A DNA stretch of 58,018 nt, the filler included, from Stramenopiles sp. TOSAG23-6 (Eukaryota): assembly GCA_900128565.1 (NCBI GenBank). It is 4 parts of 4 records of this genome, joined end to end, with 100 filler letters (N's around TTAATTAATTAA, not from the genome) between each part and the next. Parts side by side here need not be neighbours in the genome. Positions count along the whole stretch, not along the records: positions 1 to 14,508 come from LT636138.1; positions 14,609 to 29,055 come from LT636139.1; 2 more parts are not named here. One strand, 5' to 3'. A program made the translations under genes and the position numbers. The notes below the pieces were generated by a model. It searched no databases. It saw nothing but the letters and a program-made list of their open reading frames with translations, and had not been told where the DNA came from. This document shows, in pieces, positions 9,946 to 21,088 of this stretch; the first letter of the stretch is position 1, and each line of letters begins with the position of its first letter.

Positions 9946-12900
9946 TTAGAATTCATCAATATCATCTAGTCCATATCCTACAGAATTCTCGATAGCTGTG
10001 ATAATTTTTGTCCTTAATACAGTTACTAATTCTGTCCTGAGTATATCCATATTCAGTTGGCGATTTTCAGCTTTAGAAATAGCTATTAGTGAAGACCAAT
10101 AATTTGGTAAATCTAGTGTATTTGTACATGTATGTGCAGTTGGCATTTTATTCATCTGGGCCTGGTGCTCATCCAACGCATACGTAATAAATGGCATTTC
10201 AATTCGAAGAAGTTCTGTGCCTGGGAAGGGAAGTCGAGCTATTCCAGTGACAAATTTAAGAAATTTACGTTTTTGTTTCGGTGATAATCCCGTCACAACT
10301 TTCCAAAACGCTTTACGAAGTACAATATTATCATCAGACACTAATTCAGCATCTTCAATTACACGAAATACATCACGAAAATCAAAATCGGTCGTTGAAT
10401 TTGTCTGCAATCCACAGATGATTTTACTTAGCTGATTTTCATTCATTCGCAATACAGTAAAGTTTGCTATATAGTTACCTAAACTTCTCTGAAATCCGTA
10501 TGTAATTGCATCTAACTGCCATTCCACCCCATCCATGATTACCTGCCGGCATATATGTTGTGCATATGCTTCTCTAGGTAAAAATACATTAAATCCTTCA
10601 AGTTTCATCAAAGCATCATATTGCGATTTAGGTAATTCAAGTACCTTTAAAACTCGAATAGAAATATCATTATTAAAATCAACTAAATCTTCAAATTGAA
10701 GACTCTCGCGAAATTCTTTGGCAGAACGTCCAACGGTCCCAATTAAGTGCCGAAATAATAACGAGTTTAATTTCATATTTACGGTGCAACGAGATGATAT
10801 TGTTGATGCTAACATTATTCCAAGACAAGTATACCGAATAGTATTCTTTTCATTTCTTTGAATTTTAGGATTTAACCAAAAGCTTTCACATTCCTTTATA
10901 TATCGAAGTAGAGGTATTTGTGAACGACTACGCATTAATTTTGCATCTACTACATTGAGATTTTCCGCTTCATCCGAAGGACAGAAAAATATAGAACGGC
11001 TATCTTCAATACGCTGAACTTCGACTTCGATGACATTGGTCAGAGTTACTATTTGTAGCCTATCACGTGGTTTGATTTCAGTATCAAAGGATGATAATTC
11101 ATTTCCACAAAGCTTTAAAGAACTAGACCTTGAGGAAACTAAGCCGCTAATTGGTTCATAATTCAGCCAAGTCTTGTGTGTATCCATAGATGCTAATTCA
11201 AAGAATTCTTTCCTTGGCCCGGAACCTTCACCTTCTTCAACAATGTGACCGTCTATTTTTTTGTTACCAAAACTTGATGTAAAGTACGTACGTAAACGAA
11301 GACAACCTGTGGTTCGACGTAATATTCTTCCTTCATCAGTAATAATTCCTTTTTCTTGAAGTGACTTAATGAAGCCTTGAAACGAATTTTCTCGATTACA
11401 AACAATAGATATATATTCAGATTGGTCCACTGTATCGTTATCATTGGCATTATCCGTTTTTACCTGGTGATTTTCGAAACCACTATGATTTGGGTTGCTA
11501 CTGATTGCTCCAAGATTTGCTATTACGCCTTTACTGACAAAATCCAAAAGCCTAGGTACACTTTCACAAGTAAATTCTAGATCATTCTCACAAAATGACA
11601 TCTCTCTGAAAAGCTGGAGTTGCATATCTCGAAAATGGACAACTGCATGATGCGTGTTGTGAATGTCACTCAAAAATACGGTTGCAAATATTCTGACCAG
11701 TTCATTCAGTGGCTTGCATACAAGATAGGTTTCGTATTGGCTTGCTATTTTTTCACTATCAAAGTCATAATGATTTTCTTTGTAAAGTTTATCTAGTGTT
11801 TGGTGAATTATATCAATCGCATAAAAACGAACAACCATTGGCGGTCCTCCATCTACTCCAACTTGCCATTTTTTTGTCTGTTCTTTATGCCATCGATATG
11901 TTGCATTAATGAGCACATTCATTAGTTTCTTTGGTGTTTCTATTAGAGACGACGAATCTATTTCTGCATAATTAATGATGCTAAATAATGGCCCTAATAA
12001 GATTGATGTCACTTTACCTATATTAGTATGATTGAACATTTTAGTTTTTCTAACCTTGTTCAATGCTTTGGTTATTGAACTCTTGATAGTGGAATGTTTC
12101 TTATTTCCTTTAATGCTTTTGATTGAATTAAAAAAGATGGACCAAACCTTTGCTGCACTCGAATCATTTTGCATCCATTGTTTCCATAAGTCGCTACTTA
12201 CTTTGTGGGATTCTTCACCAGTCGGTTTTGAAGTAAATGACAACTCAAGGGTCTTTCCTGGTTTATCTGTATTCATTTTCTTTTGTTGTATATCCTTCAT
12301 TTTCTTTTGTTGTACATCCTTCATTTTCTCTGCAGACATTGTTTTTATTTGTTTCACTTGCTTAATTTCTGGTATTTTGGATCCTTCCTCTATTAGTGCG
12401 TCTGGCCGAGGTATCACGAAGCGTACAACTCTAGGACCTCCTTCGAATTTTTTCATTGTACTTACTACTTCGCGAATTGAGTATTGAGATACATCCACTC
12501 CGTTGATAGTAACTACCCTCATACCTAAATCTACACCTTGATTTTGTGCAGGACTACCTCCATTTTGCCTAGGCCGAAAGCCACTAACATAGCAACCTTT
12601 TCGATTTTTCCGTTGTCTCATGAGAACAAATAATGATTCTCCTGCATCTACAGACACATATACTTCCTGTAAACCTTTACTAGTTGCCTTGGCATCTTTT
12701 AGCATATTTGTCACACCTTTAGTCGCATCTTTCAAAGATATCTTTGATGATTTCTGGTGATTTGATTTCTTCTTCGATTTCGTAACTTTAGAATTTCGCG
12801 ATGCAGATATGTTTTTAGTCATTTCAGTTGGTTCTGGGGGCGAATCATCAGCACTACTGAGGGAATCATCCGTCGTCGCGTCCATTGTAGCCAAAATACG

Positions 12901-13572
12901 ATCTCGCATATTTATTGAAATATCACTATCTTTATTTTCTTCTAATATATCAGCTCTGTCCCAATCAAATCGTCCAAATCCTGCACTTTTTTCAGCAGCA
13001 ATAGTTATACTTTTATCACTAGTGCCCAAATCTGATACATCTTCATCCCAGTCTTCTGTCAAATTTAAAAGTGCATCCAAGCTACTTACACCAGCATTTT
13101 CTTTACTTATACTAGAACTTTCTCTGTTTTTATCGTAACTGACTTTATCTGTATGGTTGGTGGAGTTTTGATTTTGTTTTACGTATTGTTTTACTGAACT
13201 CCAACCGCCTCCATCCATTGCCCAACCACCACCATCTATTGAGTAACTAACCAAGTCGTCTATGTGTTTTTTATGTGGAATGTTTTTAGATCTATACATT
13301 GTTGAGCGAACCTGTTCTTCTTCGATGCCAAGTATATTGTTCATTATAGCTCCTCCTTGACGCTTCAAACTACTACCACGTGAAAATATATCACTTGTTA
13401 CATTATTTGAAGGTGAAAGGTCTGCAGATTTTGAGATATTTTCATATCGAGACACTCTATTAGATTTGTTATACGAATTTCCGAAAGAAGAAAAGTTTGA
13501 TATGTCTTCAACAACTTTCAAAGGATGGTGGGGCTCAGTTTCTCGTAAAAGACGCTCTAATTCATCATCCAT
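9946..13572 (-). CDS. HECT E3 ubiquitin ligase with PDZ-like domain
   Basis: GEGSGPRKEFF, KFLKFVTG, PTAHTCTNTLDLPNY (catalytic Cys). PDZ-like SPAQNQGVDLGMRVVTINGVDV. Confidence 0.9.
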   Translation of the reverse strand: MDDELERLLRETEPHHPLKVVEDISNFSSFGNSYNKSNRVSRYENISKSADLSPSNNVTSDIFSRGSSLKRQGGAIMNNILGIEEEQVRSTMYRSKNIPHKKHIDDLVSYSIDGGGWAMDGGGWSSVKQYVKQNQNSTNHTDKVSYDKNRESSSISKENAGVSSLDALLNLTEDWDEDVSDLGTSDKSITIAAEKSAGFGRFDWDRADILEENKDSDISINMRDRILATMDATTDDSLSSADDSPPEPTEMTKNISASRNSKVTKSKKKSNHQKSSKISLKDATKGVTNMLKDAKATSKGLQEVYVSVDAGESLFVLMRQRKNRKGCYVSGFRPRQNGGSPAQNQGVDLGMRVVTINGVDVSQYSIREVVSTMKKFEGGPRVVRFVIPRPDALIEEGSKIPEIKQVKQIKTMSAEKMKDVQQKKMKDIQQKKMNTDKPGKTLELSFTSKPTGEESHKVSSDLWKQWMQNDSSAAKVWSIFFNSIKSIKGNKKHSTIKSSITKALNKVRKTKMFNHTNIGKVTSILLGPLFSIINYAEIDSSSLIETPKKLMNVLINATYRWHKEQTKKWQVGVDGGPPMVVRFYAIDIIHQTLDKLYKENHYDFDSEKIASQYETYLVCKPLNELVRIFATVFLSDIHNTHHAVVHFRDMQLQLFREMSFCENDLEFTCESVPRLLDFVSKGVIANLGAISSNPNHSGFENHQVKTDNANDNDTVDQSEYISIVCNRENSFQGFIKSLQEKGIITDEGRILRRTTGCLRLRTYFTSSFGNKKIDGHIVEEGEGSGPRKEFFELASMDTHKTWLNYEPISGLVSSRSSSLKLCGNELSSFDTEIKPRDRLQIVTLTNVIEVEVQRIEDSRSIFFCPSDEAENLNVVDAKLMRSRSQIPLLRYIKECESFWLNPKIQRNEKNTIRYTCLGIMLASTISSRCTVNMKLNSLLFRHLIGTVGRSAKEFRESLQFEDLVDFNNDISIRVLKVLELPKSQYDALMKLEGFNVFLPREAYAQHICRQVIMDGVEWQLDAITYGFQRSLGNYIANFTVLRMNENQLSKIICGLQTNSTTDFDFRDVFRVIEDAELVSDDNIVLRKAFWKVVTGLSPKQKRKFLKFVTGIARLPFPGTELLRIEMPFITYALDEHQAQMNKMPTAHTCTNTLDLPNYWSSLIAISKAENRQLNMDILRTELVTVLRTKIITAIENSVGYGLDDIDEF

Positions 13573-13862
13573 GGTATAAGCTTTTTCCAAAAGGAAACGA
13601 TGATCACCAACTACTCATTTTCCGCACGTTCTCTCCTCGCAAAAAACTTCTTTGTTTGTTAAATAGAGCTTTTTACTCGTCTCGGAAGCGTGCAAGTCGA
13701 AGTATACTTGCAAGTCCCAAGTGAGGCGACAGTTACGACTTCGACTTCAAATATTTTTTTTCGAACGACGACGTCGTGTGCTTGACGAAGTGATTGGTCA
13801 AAAAACATCAACAAAGAAAATGAGTTGGAATCTGAATCGATTTTACTTTTTCAAGCTCACCG

Positions 13863-14415
13863 ATGTTTGAATTTACACCGTTTAAGTTGATTGTATGCTT
13901 TCTTTTTGTCTGGATATTGCAATGGTGCTTTGTGCGGAAAGGTATACATATTTTTTTACAACGCATTGTGCCAAATGTGGATAGGCGTATCTCAAGACGA
14001 CAAAAACTTTTTTTGGAAGCTACTTCGCAAGATATTCTGTATTGTGCACTACTTGGTTTTTGTATTTTACGTTATCTTCAGCTAATTTATCGTGACTGTA
14101 GAATAAATTATGCATTAGAGACAGTAGAGCCGCTAATTAAACTTTTCGTTTTGCGACAGAATGAAGAAGAGGTATTCCTTCTCTGTCTTAGTATTTCCTA
14201 CTCCATATTTTGCACAACTCGTTCCATTCTAAATGCTCAGGAGTTAGGATTCCCTATTAGAAAACTATTGATAGCTACTCTAACACGTAGTTCGATTATA
14301 AATCTTAATAGATACACTACGTTTAAACCAGGTACATTGATCAAGGTAAAGGGTATTCCGTGTAGTTATTCAGTTGTAACTTCACTAAAGCCTGAAAGTC
14401 CTGCATATACAGTAT
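13863..14415 (+). CDS. Hypothetical membrane protein, exon 1 (partial)
   Basis: ORF with hydrophobic segments that runs into an intron-family donor at 14416. Confidence 0.6.
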
Positions 14416-14508
14416 GTATGTTTTATTTTTTTTCAATTTCAAATTCGATTTTGTTTCGTACGAAATTTTGTACCTAACGATTTTTTTTTGAAATATTTTT
14501 CCAAAATA
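14416..14508 (+). mobile_element. Introner-family intron (truncated at contig end)
   Basis: AT|GTATGTTTTATTTT...TTTCGTACGAAATTTTGTACCTAAC...CCAAAATA. Confidence 0.85.
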
Positions 14509-14608
14509 NNNNNNNNNNNNNNNNNNNNNNNNNNNNNNNNNNNNNNNNNNNNTTAATTAATTAANNNNNNNNNNNNNNNNNNNNNNNNNNNNNNNNNNNN
14601 NNNNNNNN
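14509..14608. other. Artificial contig linker (N-TTAATTAATTAA-N)
   Basis: Six-frame stop linker flanked by Ns. Confidence 0.98.
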
Positions 14609-14705
14609 TTTTTTTTTTTTTTTTGTATGATTTTTTTTTCGTACGAAATTTTGTACCTAACAATTTTAGTTTTTTTTTTTTTGCGAAATATTTTTCCAAA
14701 TACAT
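14609..14705 (+). mobile_element. Introner-family intron (partial, 3' part), AT acceptor
   Basis: TTTCGTACGAAATTTTGTACCTAAC...TTTCCAAATACAT|. Confidence 0.8.
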
Positions 14706-15126
14706 GTTCCTCTTCCGTCAGAAAAAGGGAAATGGTAAAATTTGGAGAGGAGGGGATGATAATCCATTTTTTATCTTTGGAGTGTCCGGTAAAAATGTTG
14801 ATGAAAATAAGATGTATTTTTATAATCCAGCTGGTACGATAAAAGATATGATCATTGATGCTGCTACACAAGATGATGTAGGTACTCGTTGGGGAAGACA
14901 ATGGTATACTAAAAACGCACCGTTTCGGATTGAGGAAGTACGTTTTTTTATCATGAATTTCAAATCTTTTTTTTTCGTACGAAATTTCGTACCTAACGAT
15001 TTTTTTTTGTATTTTTTCACAAGGCATGTACCCGATTTTGAGAAGAAGAGTCTTTGCGGGAAGAGCACGTGTCAATGTTTCCTAAGTAAGAGACCCAGGC
15101 TGGTAGATCCAGTGGTCAAAGCATAA
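14706..15126 (+). CDS. Hypothetical protein, 3' exons (14706-14937, 15028-15126)
   Basis: Coding-like segments between intron-family copies. Confidence 0.6.
14938..15027 (+). mobile_element. Introner-family intron, 90 nt, GT...AT (in frame, no stop)
   Basis: GAA|GTACGTTTTTTTATCATGAATTT...TTTCGTACGAAATTTCGTACCTAAC...AAGGCAT|GTA. An AG 4 nt upstream of the AT is an alternative acceptor. Confidence 0.7.
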
Positions 15127-15715
15127 TTCATGTTCAAATATTTCCATTGCTCTGTGCAATTTTAGATTCCTGCCATTGTTTTGAACTTAACTCAGTTGGT
15201 ACAAAATGATTGGTATAGAAATCTATATTGCATACAACACGAATTGAATTTAAAAAAGAAAAAAAAAGTTTGATAGTAGAGAGAGAGAAAGTATAAATAA
15301 TGTTTATTCAATGGATTAAAATTCCTGGGAGAGCCAGAGGGGATATAATATCCTTTTCACTGATAATCTCTCTGATTGACTGTAAACTTTAAACAAATTT
15401 TATTGTAGCAAAAGCCAAGTAATGTTGTACTAGTAGTAAGATGTAATAAATTTGAATGAAATACTGATGAAAAACATTTAATTTCAACTTTTTCCTCGTT
15501 TTCGACGACACAAAACTGTTTCTGAGCTGCAGTCAAAGACTCAAAGTTTTTTTTGTCAAGATGGTTCATATGATTCGGTTCAATTCACGCAACTTGCAAG
15601 AACTAGTTGCAATTGAATGAAATTGCAGCGCATTCTCAAATAGTTTTGAAAAAAACAACTCCCCCTTCTCTTGTAGTTGTCTATATCCATAAAGTAATGT
15701 CAAAAGGAAATTAGC

Positions 15716-15973
15716 ATGCTGTCTCCAAAGTCTCGATTAGTGAAAGCTCACACAGAACTACTTCGTCAATGCTCTTCTGAGATTTCGGGAAAACAACGTG
15801 GTGAACAACCTGCGCTGCTTGCGCTACAAAAAGACTTTAACGACGCTTGTGACTCCCTGAGCAATCTTGCACAAATTCGGCGGTATCAATTACTTATTCG
15901 TTTGGGGAAAGATACGGATTTTATGGCACGTAGTAAAGCTCTTCAAGAAAGTTTAGAAGCGATTTCCAAATAG
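15716..15973 (+). CDS. Small coiled-coil hypothetical protein
   Basis: 85-aa ATG-initiated ORF with coding-like composition. Confidence 0.5.
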   Translation: MLSPKSRLVKAHTELLRQCSSEISGKQRGEQPALLALQKDFNDACDSLSNLAQIRRYQLLIRLGKDTDFMARSKALQESLEAISK

Positions 15974-16175
15974 CTAGTGACTGCCAAGATTGTTTTTGAG
16001 ACGCTGGTACAATTCTTCTTAAAACATGAAAAAAACATTACTGACAATAATATCTCATGATATGATAATAGATTAAACATATATATACGCATTAAGTAAA
16101 AGATATTTTCAACGTAGCCATTCGGGTGATAATAAATTTATTTTACTCATTCACTTGAAGAGTCTGTTATTTTAC

Positions 16176-18552
16176 TCAATCACTTGAAGAATCTGTTTTT
16201 TTTCTTCCCAGTTTTGGAACGCTTAATATACCAATTTCATTATTGCGTGTAATACATGGAAGTGCTACTTTCTTTCGGGAACTAGAGCGATTTACAAAAG
16301 GTATTTGATCATATGGAACAGCCTCTCGTATTTGTCTTCTTACGATGTCCATATTATTTTCAGCAGAACTTTCAATATTTTCAATATTCAATGGCAAATC
16401 ACCAATCCCTTCACTATTACTATTACCACTAGTCAAGCAAATTACATCTTCAGATGGATCAGCCCACCACATATCTGATCTAGAGCCATGCCTCTTCAAA
16501 AGTTGCCGCCAAGAAGAATGTATTGTGAAAAAAAAAATGTAGTAAAAAAATTCGTTAAGTACGGATTTTCGTAGACAAATAATTTTAAATGTATGATGAA
16601 CACGTACAAACGAACCAATTCTTGAGATAGGTGTAAATGATTTATGTGAACCTGGAGATTGTTTTTCTATTTCCCTCTCCAATTCGTCCTCTTCACACTC
16701 AGCAGAATATCGAACTTCCATGTCTTCTTTTTTATCTAAAATAACCAATTTAACAAATTGGTCAAATATATTCTTGTCCATAAGATGAAACTTTCTTTCC
16801 ATATCACTCTCAAACCTAGTTACACTCTTTTCAACTTTACTTACCTGCAACTTCAAGGGTTTCCCATTAAAAAGAACACGTACGTAGAGCTTTTCATTGG
16901 GAGGAGTATTAATAGAAGAGTCATGTTTTGTGAAAAATATTATTATTTTTTGTAATTTCGTTAGGTACAAAATGTAGTACAAAATTTGGTACAAAAAATA
17001 TCTTAATAACAACGTATCTGTGTCTTTCGGTCAAACGTTAAGAGCTCAAAGCACAGCACCGAAGCATACGGGGGCCAACCTCATGTGATACTAAAAAATA
17101 TCTCAGAAAAAAAATCGTTAGGTACAAAATTGCTTACAAAAAAAAAATCGAAATTCACAATGAAAGCCTACCATACTCCGCCAAGATGAAATCCAATTCC
17201 TCTCCCTCACCAACAAGAGTTGCAAGAAGTGGTAGAATGGTTGTATCGTGTCCAACATATACTGTTAATCTTTGTGGAATATTAATTTCCTGTTTCCATT
17301 TTAAAGACAAAGATTTTGCGAAATCTACAGGAGATCCAGCAAAACTTCTTAAGGAATTAGAAGAAACATTTCTGGAAAGAGAAGGTGTCGTAGAATTGCT
17401 TGATGATTCATTAACAGGACTCTTAGATAAACGCGTAACCTTCTCAGCTTTTGGCCAATTCCATTGTGCGGTCATATTTCTACCAATTTCATATATCAAA
17501 GGCGCTGAACAAAGTCTTGCAGTATCCCAAGATTTATATCGTGAATGTTGAAGTTGTACAAAGTATTCAAGGCAAGTATTAGCTACTTCACTTTTATTGT
17601 CTAATGATGCAGAGCAGGTTAAAGTAGGAGACGGTGGAGGTAAATATGGTTGAAGTAGAGGTAGCTTATGTGCATATCTGGTAATAGCCCAGTCAGCTGC
17701 ATGCATCCAACCAAATGATATGTTACAAGTGCGAACAGCATCAATACCGAGAGTTATTCGTTTTTTTGCATTTTTGATTTTGGCAGATATTTCTGTTGTT
17801 TTACATTTATTATTGAATTGTTTCAGTCGCTTTCTTAAAGCTGCGTCACTTTTATTGAGACCTGAGGAACCAATGACTTTAGATGCAAAACTTCGAACTT
17901 CAACTTCAATTTGACATGAACTTTTATTCTTCTTTTCTATTCCGTCTTTCACAGTGATTTCCTTCTTTTCACCAATCAAAGATTTCGTAATACTATCAAC
18001 ATTTTTTTCACCATTCAAAGGTTTCTTAATACTATCAGGATCAATTGTCAAAGAAGAAACTTCATCATTTTCTAAAGGAAACATTCCAGCTAAAATACCC
18101 TGTGTTGTTTGAATTGTACGTTGTGTATCCGTGCTAAAACATCGAAAAGTATGCAATCTTTCATCATTTTTTTCTACACTGTCACTTGAGATTAAAGTTC
18201 CATACGCACTTTTTATTTTTTTGCCGAGGAATTTGGATTGCAAAAGCCCTTGCTGTGTCAAATGCCCAAAAGGTCGCTGCCACTTAGAAAGGCGAAAACT
18301 GTTCCCAGTGTCATGTCGAACAACCGGAAACCGTTCTGATAAGTTCGAGAGTGTATCATGTGTTGGCAACAACTTATTCCACAAATCACGCTCGGCTGTC
18401 TCAGAAGTTACGGGGCCTCCAGCTGCTGGATTACTTAATGGAGAACGATCTCCATGACGAATTACCAAATGTGCTTGGATGAGTTTAGCTCCGGGTGGAA
18501 GTGGCGCAGCCACCTGATCATTGAAAAGTTTCGCTTTGTGAGCTTGTTTCAT
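16176..18552 (-). CDS. Histidine acid phosphatase family protein (exons 18552-17172, 17082-17018, 16922-16608, 16517-16176)
   Basis: RHGDRSP and GHDTT motifs. The 65-nt exon supplies WPPYASVLCFELL, and the next exon supplies YVRVLFNGKPL. Confidence 0.9.
16518..16607 (-). mobile_element. Diverged introner-family intron, 90 nt, GT...AT (in frame, no stop)
   Basis: TTT|GTACGTGTTCATCAT...CTACGAAAATCCGTACTTAAC...CACAATACAT|TCT. Confidence 0.75.
16923..17017 (-). mobile_element. Introner-family intron, 95 nt, apparent AT...AT boundaries
   Basis: CAG|ATACGTTG...TTTTGTACCTAAC...CACAAAACAT|GAC joins the phosphatase exons in phase 0. Confidence 0.65.
17083..17171 (-). mobile_element. Introner-family intron, 89 nt, GT...AT
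   Basis: TATG|GTAGGCTTTCATTGTGAATTT...GTACCTAAC...TCACAT|GAGGTTGG. An AG 3 nt downstream is also frame-compatible. Confidence 0.75.
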
Positions 18553-19033
18553 TCTATATGTAAAAACTCTACAGTCACTCTATACTTCTATTTATTTTAC
18601 TTTTTATACACCACACTCCAAAAGCTTCGTCACTGAATATCAACAAAATGAAATCAAACAAGTCGAATGGTCAACAACATCTAACGCTGCCAATGTATGA
18701 ATGTTTAATATATGACTAGTAATGTACAAAACTAAAAAGATTCAACATGTTACACGTGTGGGACACTAATGGATGTGTGCCTTATGTCAAAACAGCAAAA
18801 AAAAGTCAAAAAAATGTACCTTTTGTATACCTTGGTAGTCAACTTTAAAATATATTTGTGATTATGATATTAACAATATCGGATTAATCCTGATTATGAT
18901 AATCAATGATTACCGTAATCAAGAATAAATAAACATCAAATAAATGGATCACCCAACCCAGATTTATAGAATGATATATCATATCTCTTTTAGAAAAATG
19001 ACTAGTTAATCATCAATTGCCCCGGATCAATTG

Positions 19034-20503
19034 TTAATCCGTGAGACCACATGGATTGCCAAGATTTGAATCTGGATTTAATGAGCCCCCTGGCTTTGTG
19101 CAAAACATGCAATTTCCTCCTCCACACCATTCAGGATCAAGGCCACAACAACCATCATTATCCTCATTTATTCCGCACATACATCTTGCCCATTTTGTAT
19201 CCTCATTACCCCTTTCTGCACATTCGCATACTTGTCTATATCCATGAACCCATTTGTTATATATCATACCCTTTGCAATACATGTACCCATACCTGGTAG
19301 TGGTGTATATTTTCCATTAGGACAAGCAACACAATTTGGTTGGCTATGATATGGCGTGAATGGATTATTTGGATTCTCTTGTTTATATCCAGGACCACAT
19401 AAACAACCATACTTGTCCTTACATTCTGAAGTTTCATCGGGACAATATTCCCAGTCATGGCTTGGCTTTTTACGATATTGAAAACGTCCGTTCTTTTTTC
19501 TGCATTTTCCATCTGGCTTTTTATTTTGACACGAATCTCCTGCTTTACAGTGACGGTCATATTGATACACTTTATAGGAAGATGATCCATTCCCAAGATA
19601 ATATCTACCGTCGTCGTATTTACAGTAGCATTTGCCATCGCGCTCGTCATAGTTGTATCCACAGTTACTCAAATGTCGACGTCGTTTCTCTGCATGACCA
19701 GAAAGTCGCAAAGCTTCATTTGCATCATCCTCCAGTTTTGCAACATCCGTAGCTTCGTTGATAGTAAATGCAGCACAAACCAAGTCGGATTCACAGACAA
19801 TATGTTCTTTGTTGCTACCGTCTACATAGGTTGATGTGCCATCCCATATTTTAAGATAGCCAAATCCACTTAAAAAATCAAACTGGACTCTCGTCTTACT
19901 GAATAGACGAGCATTTGCGACCTTGAAAACTGCGTGCACGGATGCCGAGTCGGCTTCGGAATCAATATATTTAAGTTCCAACCTTTGTACGTCGGCTAAT
20001 CTATCCAGAGGAAGAATGGGCGCAACAAAAAGTTTCAATTTTGTTTCAGCAAGCGACGTAGAGACAATGTTACCATTTTTGTCGAGCAGAGAATGATGTC
20101 GTGTATGGTTTTCCTTAGTTGCTTCATTGCCAACGAACACCGCACCAACCATTGCAGCACAGGCAAATAAGACTGTAAACAACAAAATTATTGAAATTTT
20201 AGTCCATGTTCGTGTTTTTTTCTCCTGCTTTGCAAGATCTTCAAGAATTTGGACGACTTCTTCTTTGGAGAACTTTCCATCCCCATTTTTATCGTAACTC
20301 ATTAAAATTTTACCGAGTTGAGACAATTGTCCAGTTGTTTTACCTCGTCCGTCAAAGTCATACATTTCTTCAAGCTTTGAAAGGTTATGAAGCGTTCCTC
20401 CTTGTTTTTCTTCTGGATTTAAAACATTTATCCGTGAGAGATCAATTCCACCATCTTCCTGCCTTTTTCCTTTCACCGTACGAACTTCATCATTGAGAGT
20501 CAT
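19034..20503 (-). CDS. Single-pass membrane protein: cytosolic EF hand, TM helix, Cys-rich/EGF-like ectodomain
   Basis: DKNGDGKFSKEE EF hand, TM ISIILLFTVLFACAAMVGAVFVG, then CGPGY...CVACPNGKY Cys-rich repeats. Confidence 0.75.
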   Translation of the reverse strand: MTLNDEVRTVKGKRQEDGGIDLSRINVLNPEEKQGGTLHNLSKLEEMYDFDGRGKTTGQLSQLGKILMSYDKNGDGKFSKEEVVQILEDLAKQEKKTRTWTKISIILLFTVLFACAAMVGAVFVGNEATKENHTRHHSLLDKNGNIVSTSLAETKLKLFVAPILPLDRLADVQRLELKYIDSEADSASVHAVFKVANARLFSKTRVQFDFLSGFGYLKIWDGTSTYVDGSNKEHIVCESDLVCAAFTINEATDVAKLEDDANEALRLSGHAEKRRRHLSNCGYNYDERDGKCYCKYDDGRYYLGNGSSSYKVYQYDRHCKAGDSCQNKKPDGKCRKKNGRFQYRKKPSHDWEYCPDETSECKDKYGCLCGPGYKQENPNNPFTPYHSQPNCVACPNGKYTPLPGMGTCIAKGMIYNKWVHGYRQVCECAERGNEDTKWARCMCGINEDNDGCCGLDPEWCGGGNCMFCTKPGGSLNPDSNLGNPCGLTD

Positions 20504-21088
20504 ATTGCGTGGAGAAGAAAACAGCACACTTTTCAATTGAAAACTCTGGTAACGTTTTCTAGTAGAAATAGTAGAAATAGTTTGTACCTTATAATAGTGT
20601 ACAGGGATACAGGGTAGGTTAGATCGAGGAGGTTAGATCAAATTTGACAATTTGACATTTTGATTGATGTCAAACGATGTCAAAAAAAAACAAAAACAAA
20701 AAAAAACGAAGTAAAAACCACAAAACAGTTTTGTTCCTCGAAGAGAAGAGAAAAGTTTTCTCTTTTCCGTCCTTTTCCGTCCTTTTCCGTATCCATCCAT
20801 ATATTTTTCTCTTTGCGCATAGATCCTTATCTTACTATTATCAGTGCTTGAAATAGATTTTTAGCACACTTGCTAACCGAGAGACGGGCTAAATATGAGA
20901 GGTACCTTAAAGTTCTTACACAGTAGTATTTTTCAATAGTTCAAGTACCTTTGGCACCAAAAATTTTGTAGTTTTGAAGGCAGTAAACATACACTACAGG
21001 ATTTGTGTTATTTGCTTTTAGTTTCATTTATAGTACGAAGAGCTGTAAAAGATAATGGTATATATATAGTTAGTAACAAATAGACATT

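Noticed and set aside
14509-14608. TTAATTAATTAA palindrome within N runs (also 29056-29155, 43546-43645)
   Set aside because: Artificial linker. Contig lengths fall monotonically (14508, 14447, 14390, 14373), so adjacency across linkers has no biological meaning.
14557-15075. Antisense and Phe/Lys-rich ORFs overlapping intron copies, and other short shadow ORFs in the track
   Set aside because: They are translations of the repeat element or antisense frames of real genes, with no independent support.
17080-17171. Treating this intron as proof of an AT acceptor
   Set aside because: An AG 3 nt downstream is also in frame (YGW versus YGGW), so it is uninformative. 14938-15027 is similarly ambiguous.
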